Source of the DNA: Acidobacteriota bacterium | GTDB lineage: Bacteria; Acidobacteriota; UBA890; WLXD01 | Assembly: GCA_965205505.1 (NCBI GenBank) | Contig: CBDBHB010000009.1 | Coordinates: 2,496,001 to 2,560,000, forward strand | Reading direction: 5' to 3' | Length of the DNA stretch: 64,000 bases | Shown: in pieces, positions 26,173 to 35,877 of the stretch | How the letters are laid out: every line of letters begins with the position of its first letter | How positions within the stretch are numbered: position 1 is the first letter of the stretch | Position numbers and translations under genes: made by a program | The notes under the pieces: generated by a model | Databases searched by the model: none | Told to the model about the DNA's origin: nothing | The model's input: only the letters and a program-made list of their open reading frames with translations

Positions 26173-26265
26173 CGGGTTGTCATCTGTCTCAGGAGCCGAA
26201 AACACCGCTCGGACCGCCACTTAGGGGGCGCAAGACGCCTATCGCTTCTGCGTTACACTGGCCCT

Positions 26266-27423
26266 ATGATACGCAAATCGCGGCTGATGACCCCTGGCCC
26301 GGCACCGGTTCACCCGTCGGCACGTGCCGCCGCGACCGGCCCACTGCCGCACCATCGAGCCGCCGCGTTCAAGCGCTGCTTTGCTGCGGTGCAGGAGGGA
26401 TTGCGCTCCGCATTCCGCACTGACGGGCCGGTCGCCGTGCTGGCTGCGTCGGGCACTGGTGCCATGGAGGCGGCGCTGGTCAACCTGTTTTCAGCCGGCG
26501 ATCGGGTAGTGGTACTGGCCGGCGGAAAATTCGGGCAGCGCTGGGCGGAGGTCGCGGAAGTGTACGGGATGCGGGTCAAGACCGTGCATGCCGAGGTCGG
26601 TGGGACATTGACCGCCGACGACGCCGCCGAGGCGGTGGCGGCGTTTCGACCGGTGAGCGGGCTGGTGATGACAGCGAGCGAGACGTCCACCGGTGCGGCC
26701 GTCGATGTCGCCGAGATCGCCGCGGCGACGCGGCGCCTGGAACCCGGTGCGGCCATCGTCGTGGATGCGATTACCGCCGTGGGCGCGTTTCCGATTGAAA
26801 CTGATGCGTGGGAGCTGGATGCTGTGTGCGGCGGTTCGCAAAAGGCCTTCATGATTCCGCCCGGGCTCGGTTTTGTGGCCTGCTCGGCGCGTGGCTGGGA
26901 CCGCATGAACGGCGAGCGCGCCAAGCCGCGCTATTATTTCGACCTTCGCAAGTACGCCCGATCGGCGAGCAACGACCAGACGCCGTTCACACCTGCCACG
27001 GGGCTCGTTCTGCAGCTTCAGGCGGCGCTGGGCGCGATCGCCGACGCGGGCGGGATCGATGCCCTCGAAGACAACGCACAGGCGCTCGCTTCGGCGACGC
27101 GGGCCGCGGCAGAGGCGCTCGATCTCAGCCTTCTCTCACCCGAGTATCCGAGCCCAGCGGTGACCGCGATCCGAGCTCCGCGGTCCGGGATGGCGCCCGA
27201 CATCGTCGCCGCGATGCGAGAGCGCCACGACCTTTTCATCGCCGGCGGACAGGGAGATCTCAAGCCCGATATCTTCCGCATCGGCCATCTCGGCTACATC
27301 GACGACGTCGACCTGTTGGGCACGCTCGCTACCCTGGAGCGCGTTCTGGCGTCCGTCGGTCACCAGGTTCGCATGGGCGCGTCGGTGGCCGCGGCGACTG
27401 CCGTGCTCGAGGCCCGTGGCTGA
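26266..27423 (+). CDS. Class V PLP aminotransferase (alanine-glyoxylate/serine type)
   Basis: LMTPGP, SGTGAMEA, ETSTG, VDAI, GSQKAFM.PPG, QTPFTP, FRIGHLG. Confidence 0.93.
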   Translation: MIRKSRLMTPGPAPVHPSARAAATGPLPHHRAAAFKRCFAAVQEGLRSAFRTDGPVAVLAASGTGAMEAALVNLFSAGDRVVVLAGGKFGQRWAEVAEVYGMRVKTVHAEVGGTLTADDAAEAVAAFRPVSGLVMTASETSTGAAVDVAEIAAATRRLEPGAAIVVDAITAVGAFPIETDAWELDAVCGGSQKAFMIPPGLGFVACSARGWDRMNGERAKPRYYFDLRKYARSASNDQTPFTPATGLVLQLQAALGAIADAGGIDALEDNAQALASATRAAAEALDLSLLSPEYPSPAVTAIRAPRSGMAPDIVAAMRERHDLFIAGGQGDLKPDIFRIGHLGYIDDVDLLGTLATLERVLASVGHQVRMGASVAAATAVLEARG

Positions 27424-29005
27424 AGCGCCGCAGCGTGTGTTGGTTTGCGGGCGTCTGCCAGAGGACGGACGCGAGGCTCTCGAGTCCGCTGGGCTCGTCA
27501 TCGAGCATCTTCCGGATCGCCAGGCCGGCTCGCTGGCCGACGTCATCGCGCCGTTCGCCGCGGTAATCGTACATTCGCCGCATCGTGTAGACGCCGCGGC
27601 GCTGGAAGCGGCACCGCTGTTGAAGGTCGTCGGCCGTGCCGGCGTCGGCGTCGACAACATCGACGTCGAAGCGGCAACACGCCGAGGGGTGCTGGTGATG
27701 AACCTGCCGTGGGGAAATACAGTCACCGCGGCGGAGCACACGATGGCGATGCTGATGTCGCTGGCGCGGAATATCCCGCAATCGTCCGCAGCGCTGAAAC
27801 AGGGCGTGTGGGATCGGGCCGCTTATCTCGGCGTGGAGCTCAAGGACAAGACGCTCGGGATCATCGGACTGGGTCGCATCGGTCGGGAGGTGGCGCGTCG
27901 GGCTCGTGGCATGGAGATGCGTGTTGTGGGCTCCGACCCGTTCCTGTCGCCGTCGGTGGCGCATGACCTCGGCATCGAGTTGGTGTCCACCGCCGAGCTG
28001 CTACCACAGGCCGACTTTCTCACGCTGCACGTCCCGAAGACCGACGAAACGACGCACCTCATCGACTATCAAGCGATCGCATCGATGAAACCGGGAGCCC
28101 GGCTGGTCAACTGTGCGCGCGGCGGCCTGGTAGAGGAGGCAGCACTGCTGGCGGGGCTGGAATCCGGCCAACTGGCTGGCGCTGCCTGCGACGTGTTCGA
28201 GACCGAGCCGACAGACAACGCGGCGCTGGTGGCGCACCCGAGCTTCGTGGGTACGCCGCATCTCGGTGGGGCGACCCACGAGGCACGCCAGCGCGTCGGG
28301 TCGGGTATAGCCCGGCAGGTTGCCGAGTATCTTGCCGACGGGGTGATTCGCCACGCGATCAACGTGCAGGCGTTACCGCCGGACGAGCAGCGCGCCATGG
28401 AGCCGTATCTTCAGCTCGGCGAGCGGCTGGGCGCTCTGGTGTCGCAGTGCTTCGAGAACATCGAACGATTGCAGATCGAGTACTACGGCGAGATAACCGG
28501 CTATACGCTCCGCCCACTCAGCGCGCACATTCTCGCTGGCTACCTGCGCCCGTTCCTCGGTGACCAGGTCAATGTCGTCAATGCCGCCGCGATTGCGCGC
28601 CAAAGAGGTCTACGAGTGGACGAGTCCAAGAGCACGTCGGAGCGCGGCTACCAGAGCCTGATTCGAGTGACTGCGATAACTGAAGCAGGGAAGCACTCGG
28701 TGGCGGGCACCGTCTTCGACGGAGCTCGTGGCCGGCTTGTGGAACTTCGTCGGATACTCGTCGAGACAACGCTCGAAGGTCATCTCTTGGTGCTCGAGAA
28801 CGAAGACCGCCCCGGGGTCGTGGGGCAGTTGGGTATGTTTCTTGCGGAGCGTGGTATCAACATCGCCGACATGAGCCTGGGCCGCGATGAGCCTCGCGGC
28901 ACGGCGATCGTCGTGCTGGCGATGGATCAGCTGCTCGACACCGATGGACTCGGTGAACTCTTGGCCCTCTCGGACATTCACTGGGCCCGCGTAATCTCGT
29001 TCTGA
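27416..29005 (+). CDS. serA: D-3-phosphoglycerate dehydrogenase
   Basis: RAGVGVDNID, GLGRIG, NCARGG, TPHLG, C-terminal ACT (DRPGVVG). Confidence 0.95.
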   Translation: MAEAPQRVLVCGRLPEDGREALESAGLVIEHLPDRQAGSLADVIAPFAAVIVHSPHRVDAAALEAAPLLKVVGRAGVGVDNIDVEAATRRGVLVMNLPWGNTVTAAEHTMAMLMSLARNIPQSSAALKQGVWDRAAYLGVELKDKTLGIIGLGRIGREVARRARGMEMRVVGSDPFLSPSVAHDLGIELVSTAELLPQADFLTLHVPKTDETTHLIDYQAIASMKPGARLVNCARGGLVEEAALLAGLESGQLAGAACDVFETEPTDNAALVAHPSFVGTPHLGGATHEARQRVGSGIARQVAEYLADGVIRHAINVQALPPDEQRAMEPYLQLGERLGALVSQCFENIERLQIEYYGEITGYTLRPLSAHILAGYLRPFLGDQVNVVNAAAIARQRGLRVDESKSTSERGYQSLIRVTAITEAGKHSVAGTVFDGARGRLVELRRILVETTLEGHLLVLENEDRPGVVGQLGMFLAERGINIADMSLGRDEPRGTAIVVLAMDQLLDTDGLGELLALSDIHWARVISF

Positions 29006-29068
29006 GCTGCCGCTCGCGATCCCGACCGTCTCCGATGACTCCCAACCCGGGGCCTAACCCGGCCGTGT

Positions 29069-29097
29069 TTGAACCCCCTGGAGGCCCATGGTAGCTT
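29069..29097 (+). promoter_or_regulatory. Sigma70-like promoter of icd-mdh-ndk
   Basis: TTGAAC-17 nt-TAGCTT with extended TG. Confidence 0.55.
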
Positions 29098-29253
29098 GAC
29101 TTTCCCACCGGTCCCTGGCCGCCGGGTACCGTACCCGACCGGATCGCCGCCACCTTCCTGTCGTCCTACGCGCCTCTCGCGCCCTCGGATCCGCCGCGCC
29201 GACCGGCCCACGCGCACCGAGCGCACGCGAAAGCCCGACTACAAGAGGCCGAG

Positions 29254-30504
29254 ATGCCCGCCGACAGCTACACGCCGCCTGCCGAGGGCATCCGCATCGA
29301 GCTCGACGGTCAAGATCGACTGGTCGTCCCCGATCAACCGATCGTCTGCTGGATGGAAGGCGACGGGATCGGGTCTGATATTTGGGTGGCGGCGCGCCAC
29401 GTGTTCGATAGTGCCGTCGCCAACGCGTATGGCGGCTCGCGCGCTATTGCCTGGATGGAACTTCTGGCGGGCGGGAAAGCGCATGCCGAAGTTGGTGAAT
29501 GGCTGCCGCAGAGCACGCTCGACGCCATCAGCCATTACCGAGTAGCGATCAAGGGACCGATGACTACGCCGGTGGGGGGCGGCATGCGCAGCCTCAACGT
29601 GGCACTGCGCCAACGGCTCGACCTGTATGCCTGCATACGGCCTGTGAAGTACTACCGCGGCACACCATCGCCGGTGCGCGAGCCGGAAAAGCTCGACGTG
29701 GTGATCTTCCGGGAGAATACCGAGGACGTCTATTCGGGTATCGAGTGGGAGGCGGGGAGCGAGGAGGCGAACCGAGCAATCGAGTTCATGCGCACCGAGC
29801 TTGATGCCCAGATACGTCCAGGGAGCGGAATTGGCATCAAGCCGATGTCGGCAGACGGCTCCAAGAGGCTCGTTCGCAAGGCGATTCGCTATGCTCTCGA
29901 GCGCGGTCGTGCCAGCGTCACTCTGATGCACAAGGGCAACATCATGAAGTTCACCGAGGGCGCTTTCCGTACTTGGGGCTACGAGCTCGCCAGCGAGGAA
30001 TTCGGCCACGTCACGCTGACCGAGACCGAGCTCTGGGATGACCACAGCGGTGAGGTACCGGACGGCAAGGTAGTGATAAAGGACCGCATCGCCGACGCCA
30101 TGTTCCAGCAGGTTCTGCTGCGGCCCAGCGAATACGACGTCATCGCTACGCCCAACCTGAATGGCGACTACATCTCCGACGCTGCCGTGGCGCAGGTCGG
30201 CGGTCTTGGCGTGGCGCCCGGCGCCAACATGAGCGACGACGTGGCGCTCTTCGAGCCCACGCACGGCACCGCGCCCAAGTACGCCGGCCAGGACAAGGTG
30301 AACCCGTCGTCGCTGATCCTCAGCGGCGTCATGATGTTCGATCACCTTGGCTGGCCCGAGGCCGCGCGAATGACCGAGCGGGCGCTCGAAAAGACGTTGC
30401 AGGCCAAGACCGTTACCTACGACCTCGAGCGCCAGATGGATGGCGCGACGCTCCTGAGCTGCTCCGAGTTCGGTCGGGCGCTCGTCGACAACATGGAGAA
30501 CTGA
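29254..30504 (+). CDS. icd: Isocitrate dehydrogenase (NADP, dimeric type)
   Basis: [51 protein letters not shown]. Confidence 0.98.
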   Translation: MPADSYTPPAEGIRIELDGQDRLVVPDQPIVCWMEGDGIGSDIWVAARHVFDSAVANAYGGSRAIAWMELLAGGKAHAEVGEWLPQSTLDAISHYRVAIKGPMTTPVGGGMRSLNVALRQRLDLYACIRPVKYYRGTPSPVREPEKLDVVIFRENTEDVYSGIEWEAGSEEANRAIEFMRTELDAQIRPGSGIGIKPMSADGSKRLVRKAIRYALERGRASVTLMHKGNIMKFTEGAFRTWGYELASEEFGHVTLTETELWDDHSGEVPDGKVVIKDRIADAMFQQVLLRPSEYDVIATPNLNGDYISDAAVAQVGGLGVAPGANMSDDVALFEPTHGTAPKYAGQDKVNPSSLILSGVMMFDHLGWPEAARMTERALEKTLQAKTVTYDLERQMDGATLLSCSEFGRALVDNMEN

Positions 30505-30507
30505 GCC

Positions 30508-31437
30508 ATGGCCCTGAAGAAGGTCAGCATTGTGGGCGCCGGGAATGTCGGTGCGACTTGCGCCTACAGCCTCGTCAATCGACGCCTTGCCGATGTGACA
30601 CTCGTCGACATCGTCGAGGGCATGCCACAGGGCAAGGCGCTCGACATGATGGAAGCCACGCCCATCGTGGGCGGCGACTGCAAGATCACCGGGACCAACA
30701 ACTACATCGACACCCAGGACTCCGACATCGTGGTGATCACGGCCGGCCTGGCTCGTAAGCCGGGCATGAGCCGTGACGACCTGTTGTTCAAGAACGTCAA
30801 GATCGTTGGCGGGGTAGTCGACGAAGTTGTCAAGTACTCACCTGATTCGATCCTCATCCTGGTCACCAATCCGCTCGACGCCATGGTGTACGTGGCCCAG
30901 AAGAGGTCGGGGTTTCCACGCCAGCGCATCATGGGAATGGCCGGGGTCCTCGACTCGGCGCGCTGTCGTGCCTTCATTGCCATGGAGCTGGGCGTCTCGG
31001 TCGAGAACACGCATGCCTTCGTGCTCGGCGGACACGGCGATACCATGGTGCCCTTGCCGCGCTACTCGACCGTCGCCGGGGTGCCGATCACCGAGCTCAT
31101 GAGCAGCGAGCAGGTGCAGCGGATCGTCGATCGCACCCGCAATGGCGGTGCTGAGATCGTCAAATTGCTGGGTACGGGCTCGGCCTACTACGCTCCCGGC
31201 GAGTCGGTCGTCGAGATGATCGAGGCGATCCTTCTGGACAAGAAGAAGATCCTGCCGGTGGCAGCGTGTCTCGAGGGTGAGTATGGCGTGAACGGCCTGT
31301 TTGTCGGAGTCCCGGCGGTGCTTGGCATCGGCGGAATGGAGAGCGTCTTGGAGATCGAGCTCACCGAATCCGAGCAGGCTGAATTCGACCGTTCGGTGGC
31401 GCATGTGCGCGAGCTCGTCAAGAAGCTGGAGGAGTAG
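30508..31437 (+). CDS. mdh: Malate dehydrogenase (LDH-like)
   Basis: [34 protein letters not shown]. Confidence 0.97.
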   Translation: MALKKVSIVGAGNVGATCAYSLVNRRLADVTLVDIVEGMPQGKALDMMEATPIVGGDCKITGTNNYIDTQDSDIVVITAGLARKPGMSRDDLLFKNVKIVGGVVDEVVKYSPDSILILVTNPLDAMVYVAQKRSGFPRQRIMGMAGVLDSARCRAFIAMELGVSVENTHAFVLGGHGDTMVPLPRYSTVAGVPITELMSSEQVQRIVDRTRNGGAEIVKLLGTGSAYYAPGESVVEMIEAILLDKKKILPVAACLEGEYGVNGLFVGVPAVLGIGGMESVLEIELTESEQAEFDRSVAHVRELVKKLEE

Positions 31438-31442
31438 TCAGG

Positions 31443-31862
31443 ATGGCTGTAGAGCGGACCCTGGCCATGATCAAGCCCGACGCCACGGCACGAAATCTGG
31501 CGGGCACGATCCTGGCGCACTACGAGCAAGATGGCTTTCGTGTCGTGGCATGCAAGAAAACGCGGCTGTCGCGCGCCGAGGCAGAGGCGTTCTACGCTGT
31601 GCATAGCGAGCGCCCGTTCTTCGATAGCCTGTGCGACTTCATGACTTCCGGGCCGATCTTGGCGGTGGCGTTGGAGCGTGAGAGCGCCATTGCTCATTTG
31701 CGCCGGGTCATGGGGGCCACCAACCCGGAGGACGCCGAGCCTGGAACCATCCGCGCTCTGTACGCCGAGAGTATCGAGCGCAACTCGGTGCATGGCTCCG
31801 ACGGCCCGGAAACAGCAGCGCAGGAGCTCGCGTTCCACTTCTCGGGCCGCGAGCTGCTCTAG
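31443..31862 (+). CDS. ndk: Nucleoside diphosphate kinase
   Basis: ERTL..IKPDA, GATNP, NSVHGSD. Confidence 0.98.
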   Translation: MAVERTLAMIKPDATARNLAGTILAHYEQDGFRVVACKKTRLSRAEAEAFYAVHSERPFFDSLCDFMTSGPILAVALERESAIAHLRRVMGATNPEDAEPGTIRALYAESIERNSVHGSDGPETAAQELAFHFSGRELL

Positions 31863-32027
31863 CAGGCCGTGGTGAAAGTGTGGTGGGTCTGGCGACAGGG
31901 TTTTGCGAGGTGGAGGCAAGGAGAGAGGAGGAGGCGATGGATACCCCATCGCCTGTGTCAGGCCGCCTTGCATCTGGCCCCAACTCGCCGTAACCAGACC
32001 CACCACACTTTCACCGCGGCCTGCTAG
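31859..32027. mobile_element. MITE family A, complete 161-bp copy, CTAG on both flanks
   Basis: 31863-31892 and 31994-32023 are 30-bp inverted repeats (29/30); left CTAG contains the ndk stop; internal hairpin AGGCGATGG/CCATCGCCT. Confidence 0.88.
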
Positions 32028-32036
32028 GAGGTCGGC

Positions 32037-32064
32037 CCGCCACACTTCCACCACGTTCTGCTAG
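32037..32064 (+). repeat. Solo terminal repeat of MITE family A
   Basis: CCGCCACACTTCCACCACGTTCTGCTAG. Confidence 0.7.
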
Positions 32065-32091
32065 CAACAAGACTCGAGTTGGAGAAGGGCC

Positions 32092-32684
32092 ATGACCGTT
32101 CTCTCCGCGACGCTGTTGCTGCTGCTGCTGCTGGTCCTCGATCCCATCGGCAACATCCGTTTTTCCTCGCGGCGCTTTCCGACGTCGATGCGAGCCGCCG
32201 CCGGCTGGTCATGGCCCGAGAGCTGTTGTTCGCCTTGGCCGCGCTGATCGCGTTTCTGTTTCTCGGCGCGCGGCTGCTGCGTCTGCTTGGAATTGCTGAG
32301 CCCTCGCTCACCATCGCCGGCGGGATCATCCTCTTCACGATCGCCATCCGCATGACGTTTCCCACCGCGGGCGGGCGCGGTGAAGACATCGATGGGGAGC
32401 CGTTCATCGTGCCACTGGCGATCCCCTTCGTTGCCGGACCCTCGGCGCTCGCCACCGTCTTGTTGATCATGAACCGCGAGCCCGCTCGCTGGCCCGAGTG
32501 GCTGGCGGCGGTGGCCATCGCCTGGGCGATCACCGGTGCGGTGCTGTTCGTCGCCGAGCCGATGGGCCGCGTCCTGGGTCGCCGAGGTCTTCTCGCCGTC
32601 GAGCGGCTGATGGGGATGATCCTCACCGCGCTGGCGGTACAGATGTTCATGGAGGGGGTTCGCCAGTTTCTGCAGGCCGGGTGA
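32092..32684 (+). pseudogene. MarC-family membrane protein, frameshifted near 32155-32164
   Basis: ATG 32092 with SD gives MTVLSATLLLLLLLVLDPIGNI; the rest (PFFLAAL...IAGGIILF...VPLAIP.VAGP...ERLMG) is in the -1 frame. Confidence 0.8.
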
Positions 32685-32798
32685 ACGGCGAGGGTAGCGC
32701 GGCGCAGGTTCACCGGCTCAGGAATTGGCGGGTTTCGGAGGGGACCGCGGTTCGATGAACCTCCGATGGCCGCTCTTCCCGACCCGGAGCCTCTACGC

Positions 32799-33530
32799 CT
32801 AGCGCCCGCCGAGCACGTTCCCGATGATGCCGCCAATACCGCCGCGTCCACCGCTCGAGGCATGCGCGGTCGGCAAGCGCGGTACCAACCAGTCCAGGAA
32901 CGCCTGGTTCGAGCGCGTCTGCAGGTAGACAGTGCCGTTGCCGGAGAACTCCGCAACGAGTCCCTCGCCGGAGATCAGCGAGGTGAAGATTCCCGCTACC
33001 TTGCGCACGTTCCATTGTAGCGATGAGTCGAAGGCAACGATGTGACCGGTATCGATGACCAGGCTCTGCGAGCTGTCGACGGGCACCTTGTGGATGGCGC
33101 CAAAAGAGCTCAGGAGTACGTGGCCGGTGCCTTTCAAATGCAGCAAGAACAGCCCTTCAGAAGCGAAGAAAGCGCGTGCTCCACCCCACTTGATATCGAT
33201 CTCTACGCTTGGGTCGCCGGCAAGATAGGAACCCGATTGCACGTACAGGTCGCCTTCAACGAGATGGTCGACTACGTCTCCCGGCAGGCTCGGAGCGAAC
33301 GTCACGTGTCCGGCCGCCCCTTCGGGGGTGAAGGTGTTGACGAAGAATGACTCGCCGCCGAGTACCTTGCGCATGGCGCCCTTCAGTAGGCCGCCTTGGA
33401 CTCCGCTCTCGACTTTCATATTGCCGCTCATGGAGACCATAGCCCCGGACTCCGCCTTCACCGACTCGCCGGCCGCCAGCTCGACGATCCCGAGCGCATA
33501 GGACGGCCGATGCTCCACCGTGATCTTCAT
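32799..33530 (-). CDS. TIGR00266/AIM24 family protein
   Basis: AESGAMVSM, GGESFF.N, EGLF, SSFGAI, IDTGH.VAF, GEGLV, LQTR. Confidence 0.9.
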   Translation of the reverse strand: MKITVEHRPSYALGIVELAAGESVKAESGAMVSMSGNMKVESGVQGGLLKGAMRKVLGGESFFVNTFTPEGAAGHVTFAPSLPGDVVDHLVEGDLYVQSGSYLAGDPSVEIDIKWGGARAFFASEGLFLLHLKGTGHVLLSSFGAIHKVPVDSSQSLVIDTGHIVAFDSSLQWNVRKVAGIFTSLISGEGLVAEFSGNGTVYLQTRSNQAFLDWLVPRLPTAHASSGGRGGIGGIIGNVLGGR

Positions 33531-33639
33531 TGCGACTCACTCCAGTTCATGCGCGTGCTCAGCACGCCACCAGTTAAGCAATACGTGCGACGACTGCCAG
33601 GTGTTTCGAATCGAAGTGGTCGGTGTCGGCCTGACCCGG

Positions 33640-34983
33640 TCAGAACGGCAGCCAAGCGAGCCACGAGTCTGGGATCGCCTTGCTGAGGTCCAGCGTCAAC
33701 ACGACCGCCATCAGTGACACCAGAATCACCAGCCCGACCTGCATGATCCGCTCCTTCACCCGTAGCGACAGGTCGCGTCGGATTGCACCCTCGAACAGAA
33801 TCAGCGCGATCTGACCGCCGTCGAGCACAGGAATGGGCAACAGGTTCAGGATGCCGAGTTGCAGGCTGATGAAGGCCATGAACGACATCACCACTGAGGG
33901 GTCGCCGGTACGCGTGGCGTCGCCCGAGAACCGGGCAATCTCGATGGGCCCGGACAGGGTCCGCACGGACATTCGGCCAGTAAACAGCCGCTTGAGGATC
34001 TCGCCGAGCAACAGCGAGTCTCGACCCAGCTTGCGGGCCGCCTCGACCAGTGCTTGGCCGAGCGGGTAGCTGCGAACCTCGAAGAAGTTCGCCGGGTTGG
34101 GCACGAAGCCGACGTCGAGCACGTCGTTGTCGCCGAGGCGTGGGGTGAGGGTCGTCTCGAAGCGATTGCCTGCGCGATCCACGGACAGCGCCAGCTGTTG
34201 CTCGGCCCCCCCACTCAACACCTCGACAAGGCGGTTCCAGTGAGAGATGTCATCGCCGTCGATGCCGACGATCAGATCGCCGGGTCGCAAGCCGGCGGAT
34301 GCGGCTATGCCGCCCTCGGTGACGGGTCCCACTTCCGGCGGTACCGGAGCGGTGACGCCGATCAGCCCTGTACCCTGTTCGCCCGATGCCATCGGCGTGA
34401 TCGGCACCGTGATCTTCGCTCCGTCGCGGATTACTCCGAGGCTCATGGGCTCGTCGGCCGAGATAAGGATGCGGATGCGGAATCGTTCCCAGTTCGGCAT
34501 GGTCTCGCCGTCGATGCTGACGACGCGATCCCCGGGCCGGAGCCCGGCCGCCTCGGCCGGGGAGTCGGTTTGTACCAAGCCGATCACGACCGGGTCGTTG
34601 GCGTCGGCCAGAACGCGAATGCCGAGCTGGTACACCCCCACGGTCAAGATGAAGGCCAGTGCGACGTTCATCGTCGGTCCGGCGAGAAGGACCAGAAAGC
34701 GTTGCCATTTCGGCTTGGCGAGATACTCGTTATCCGCGCCAGTGAGCTCCTCGTCTGGGTTTTCCCCGACCATCTTTACGTAGCCGCCGAGCGGCAACAG
34801 GCTCAAGCGGTAGTCGGTGTCACCACGGCGGAAGCCGGCCACGCGCTTGCCGAAGCCGAGCGAGAAAACCTCCACGCCGACGCCGAAGTACTTGGCCACC
34901 AGGAAGTGACCGAGCTCGTGCACGAATATGAGCACGCCGAGCACGAACAGAAGGGCCAGGGCGTTGACGAGGACGTCGAGCAT
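33640..34983 (-). CDS. rseP: RIP metalloprotease RseP
   Basis: HELGH, PLGGYVKM, two PDZ domains, NLLPIPVLDGG. Confidence 0.97.
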   Translation of the reverse strand: MLDVLVNALALLFVLGVLIFVHELGHFLVAKYFGVGVEVFSLGFGKRVAGFRRGDTDYRLSLLPLGGYVKMVGENPDEELTGADNEYLAKPKWQRFLVLLAGPTMNVALAFILTVGVYQLGIRVLADANDPVVIGLVQTDSPAEAAGLRPGDRVVSIDGETMPNWERFRIRILISADEPMSLGVIRDGAKITVPITPMASGEQGTGLIGVTAPVPPEVGPVTEGGIAASAGLRPGDLIVGIDGDDISHWNRLVEVLSGGAEQQLALSVDRAGNRFETTLTPRLGDNDVLDVGFVPNPANFFEVRSYPLGQALVEAARKLGRDSLLLGEILKRLFTGRMSVRTLSGPIEIARFSGDATRTGDPSVVMSFMAFISLQLGILNLLPIPVLDGGQIALILFEGAIRRDLSLRVKERIMQVGLVILVSLMAVVLTLDLSKAIPDSWLAWLPF

Positions 34984-35082
34984 CAGACCTTGGGTCGAGG
35001 AAGTCGGAGCGAGAAGGTGATGGAAGAAACTCTACAGTAGCAGGCGTGATCCGATCAGCGCGGGGTGCCGTTGACGAGCGGC

Positions 35083-35877
35083 TCAGGCGACCCAACCAGC
35101 GGTCAGTATGAGGTACAGAGCGGCGCCAGCAGGAAGGTGGGAATCGACGCGATCGAGCACGCCGCCGTGCCCAGGTAGCAGCGTCGAGGAGTCCTTGACG
35201 CCGGCAGCGCGCTTCAGCGCCGACTCCATCAGGTCGCCAACCTGGCCGGTGGCCCCCAGTAGCACGCCGAGCCCGACAGCCTGGAGATCGCCGACGCCCG
35301 GCAGCCACATGCCGACCACATAACCGGCCGCCGCGCTGCCTACGATGCCCGACACCGTACCCTCGACCGTCTTGTTGGGCGACAGGAAGGGAGCGAGCTT
35401 GCGCCGGCCGAACGCGGTCCCACCATACAGTGCCGCGGAATCGCCCACCGCCACGGCGGCATAGGCGAACAGCAGCCATGTTTCGCCGTCTGGCAAGCGG
35501 CGCAGACCTATATGGGCGCCGGGGACCAACCCCAACCAGACGATGCCGCAAAGTGTTGCGGCTAGCGCGCCGACGAATCTCGCTGGATCCGAGTACCCCT
35601 CGCGCAGGCTGGCCGCCGTTGCCACCAACACGGCCAGGAGAAGCCACAGGAGAGGTGCACTCGGAGTAGACGATGCGAAGGACAACGCACAGCCGAGAGC
35701 CATCAAAGCACCTGGCACCGAAGCAGGCATGACGCCCAACGGGCGGACCAGACGGGCGTACTCGTTCCACGCGAGAAGCAACACGAGCGCCATCAAGAGC
35801 GCGAACGCCTGCCACGGCAGCCAGAGCACGGCCAGCAGCAGCGCGATGATCACGGCCGCTGTTGCGATGCGCCTCAC
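35083..35877 (-). CDS. cdsA: Phosphatidate cytidylyltransferase
   Basis: SPNKTVEG, GDLMES.LKR..GVKDS...PGHGGVLDRVDS; GTG overlaps galE TGA. Confidence 0.95.
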   Translation of the reverse strand: MRRIATAAVIIALLLAVLWLPWQAFALLMALVLLLAWNEYARLVRPLGVMPASVPGALMALGCALSFASSTPSAPLLWLLLAVLVATAASLREGYSDPARFVGALAATLCGIVWLGLVPGAHIGLRRLPDGETWLLFAYAAVAVGDSAALYGGTAFGRRKLAPFLSPNKTVEGTVSGIVGSAAAGYVVGMWLPGVGDLQAVGLGVLLGATGQVGDLMESALKRAAGVKDSSTLLPGHGGVLDRVDSHLPAGAALYLILTAGWVA

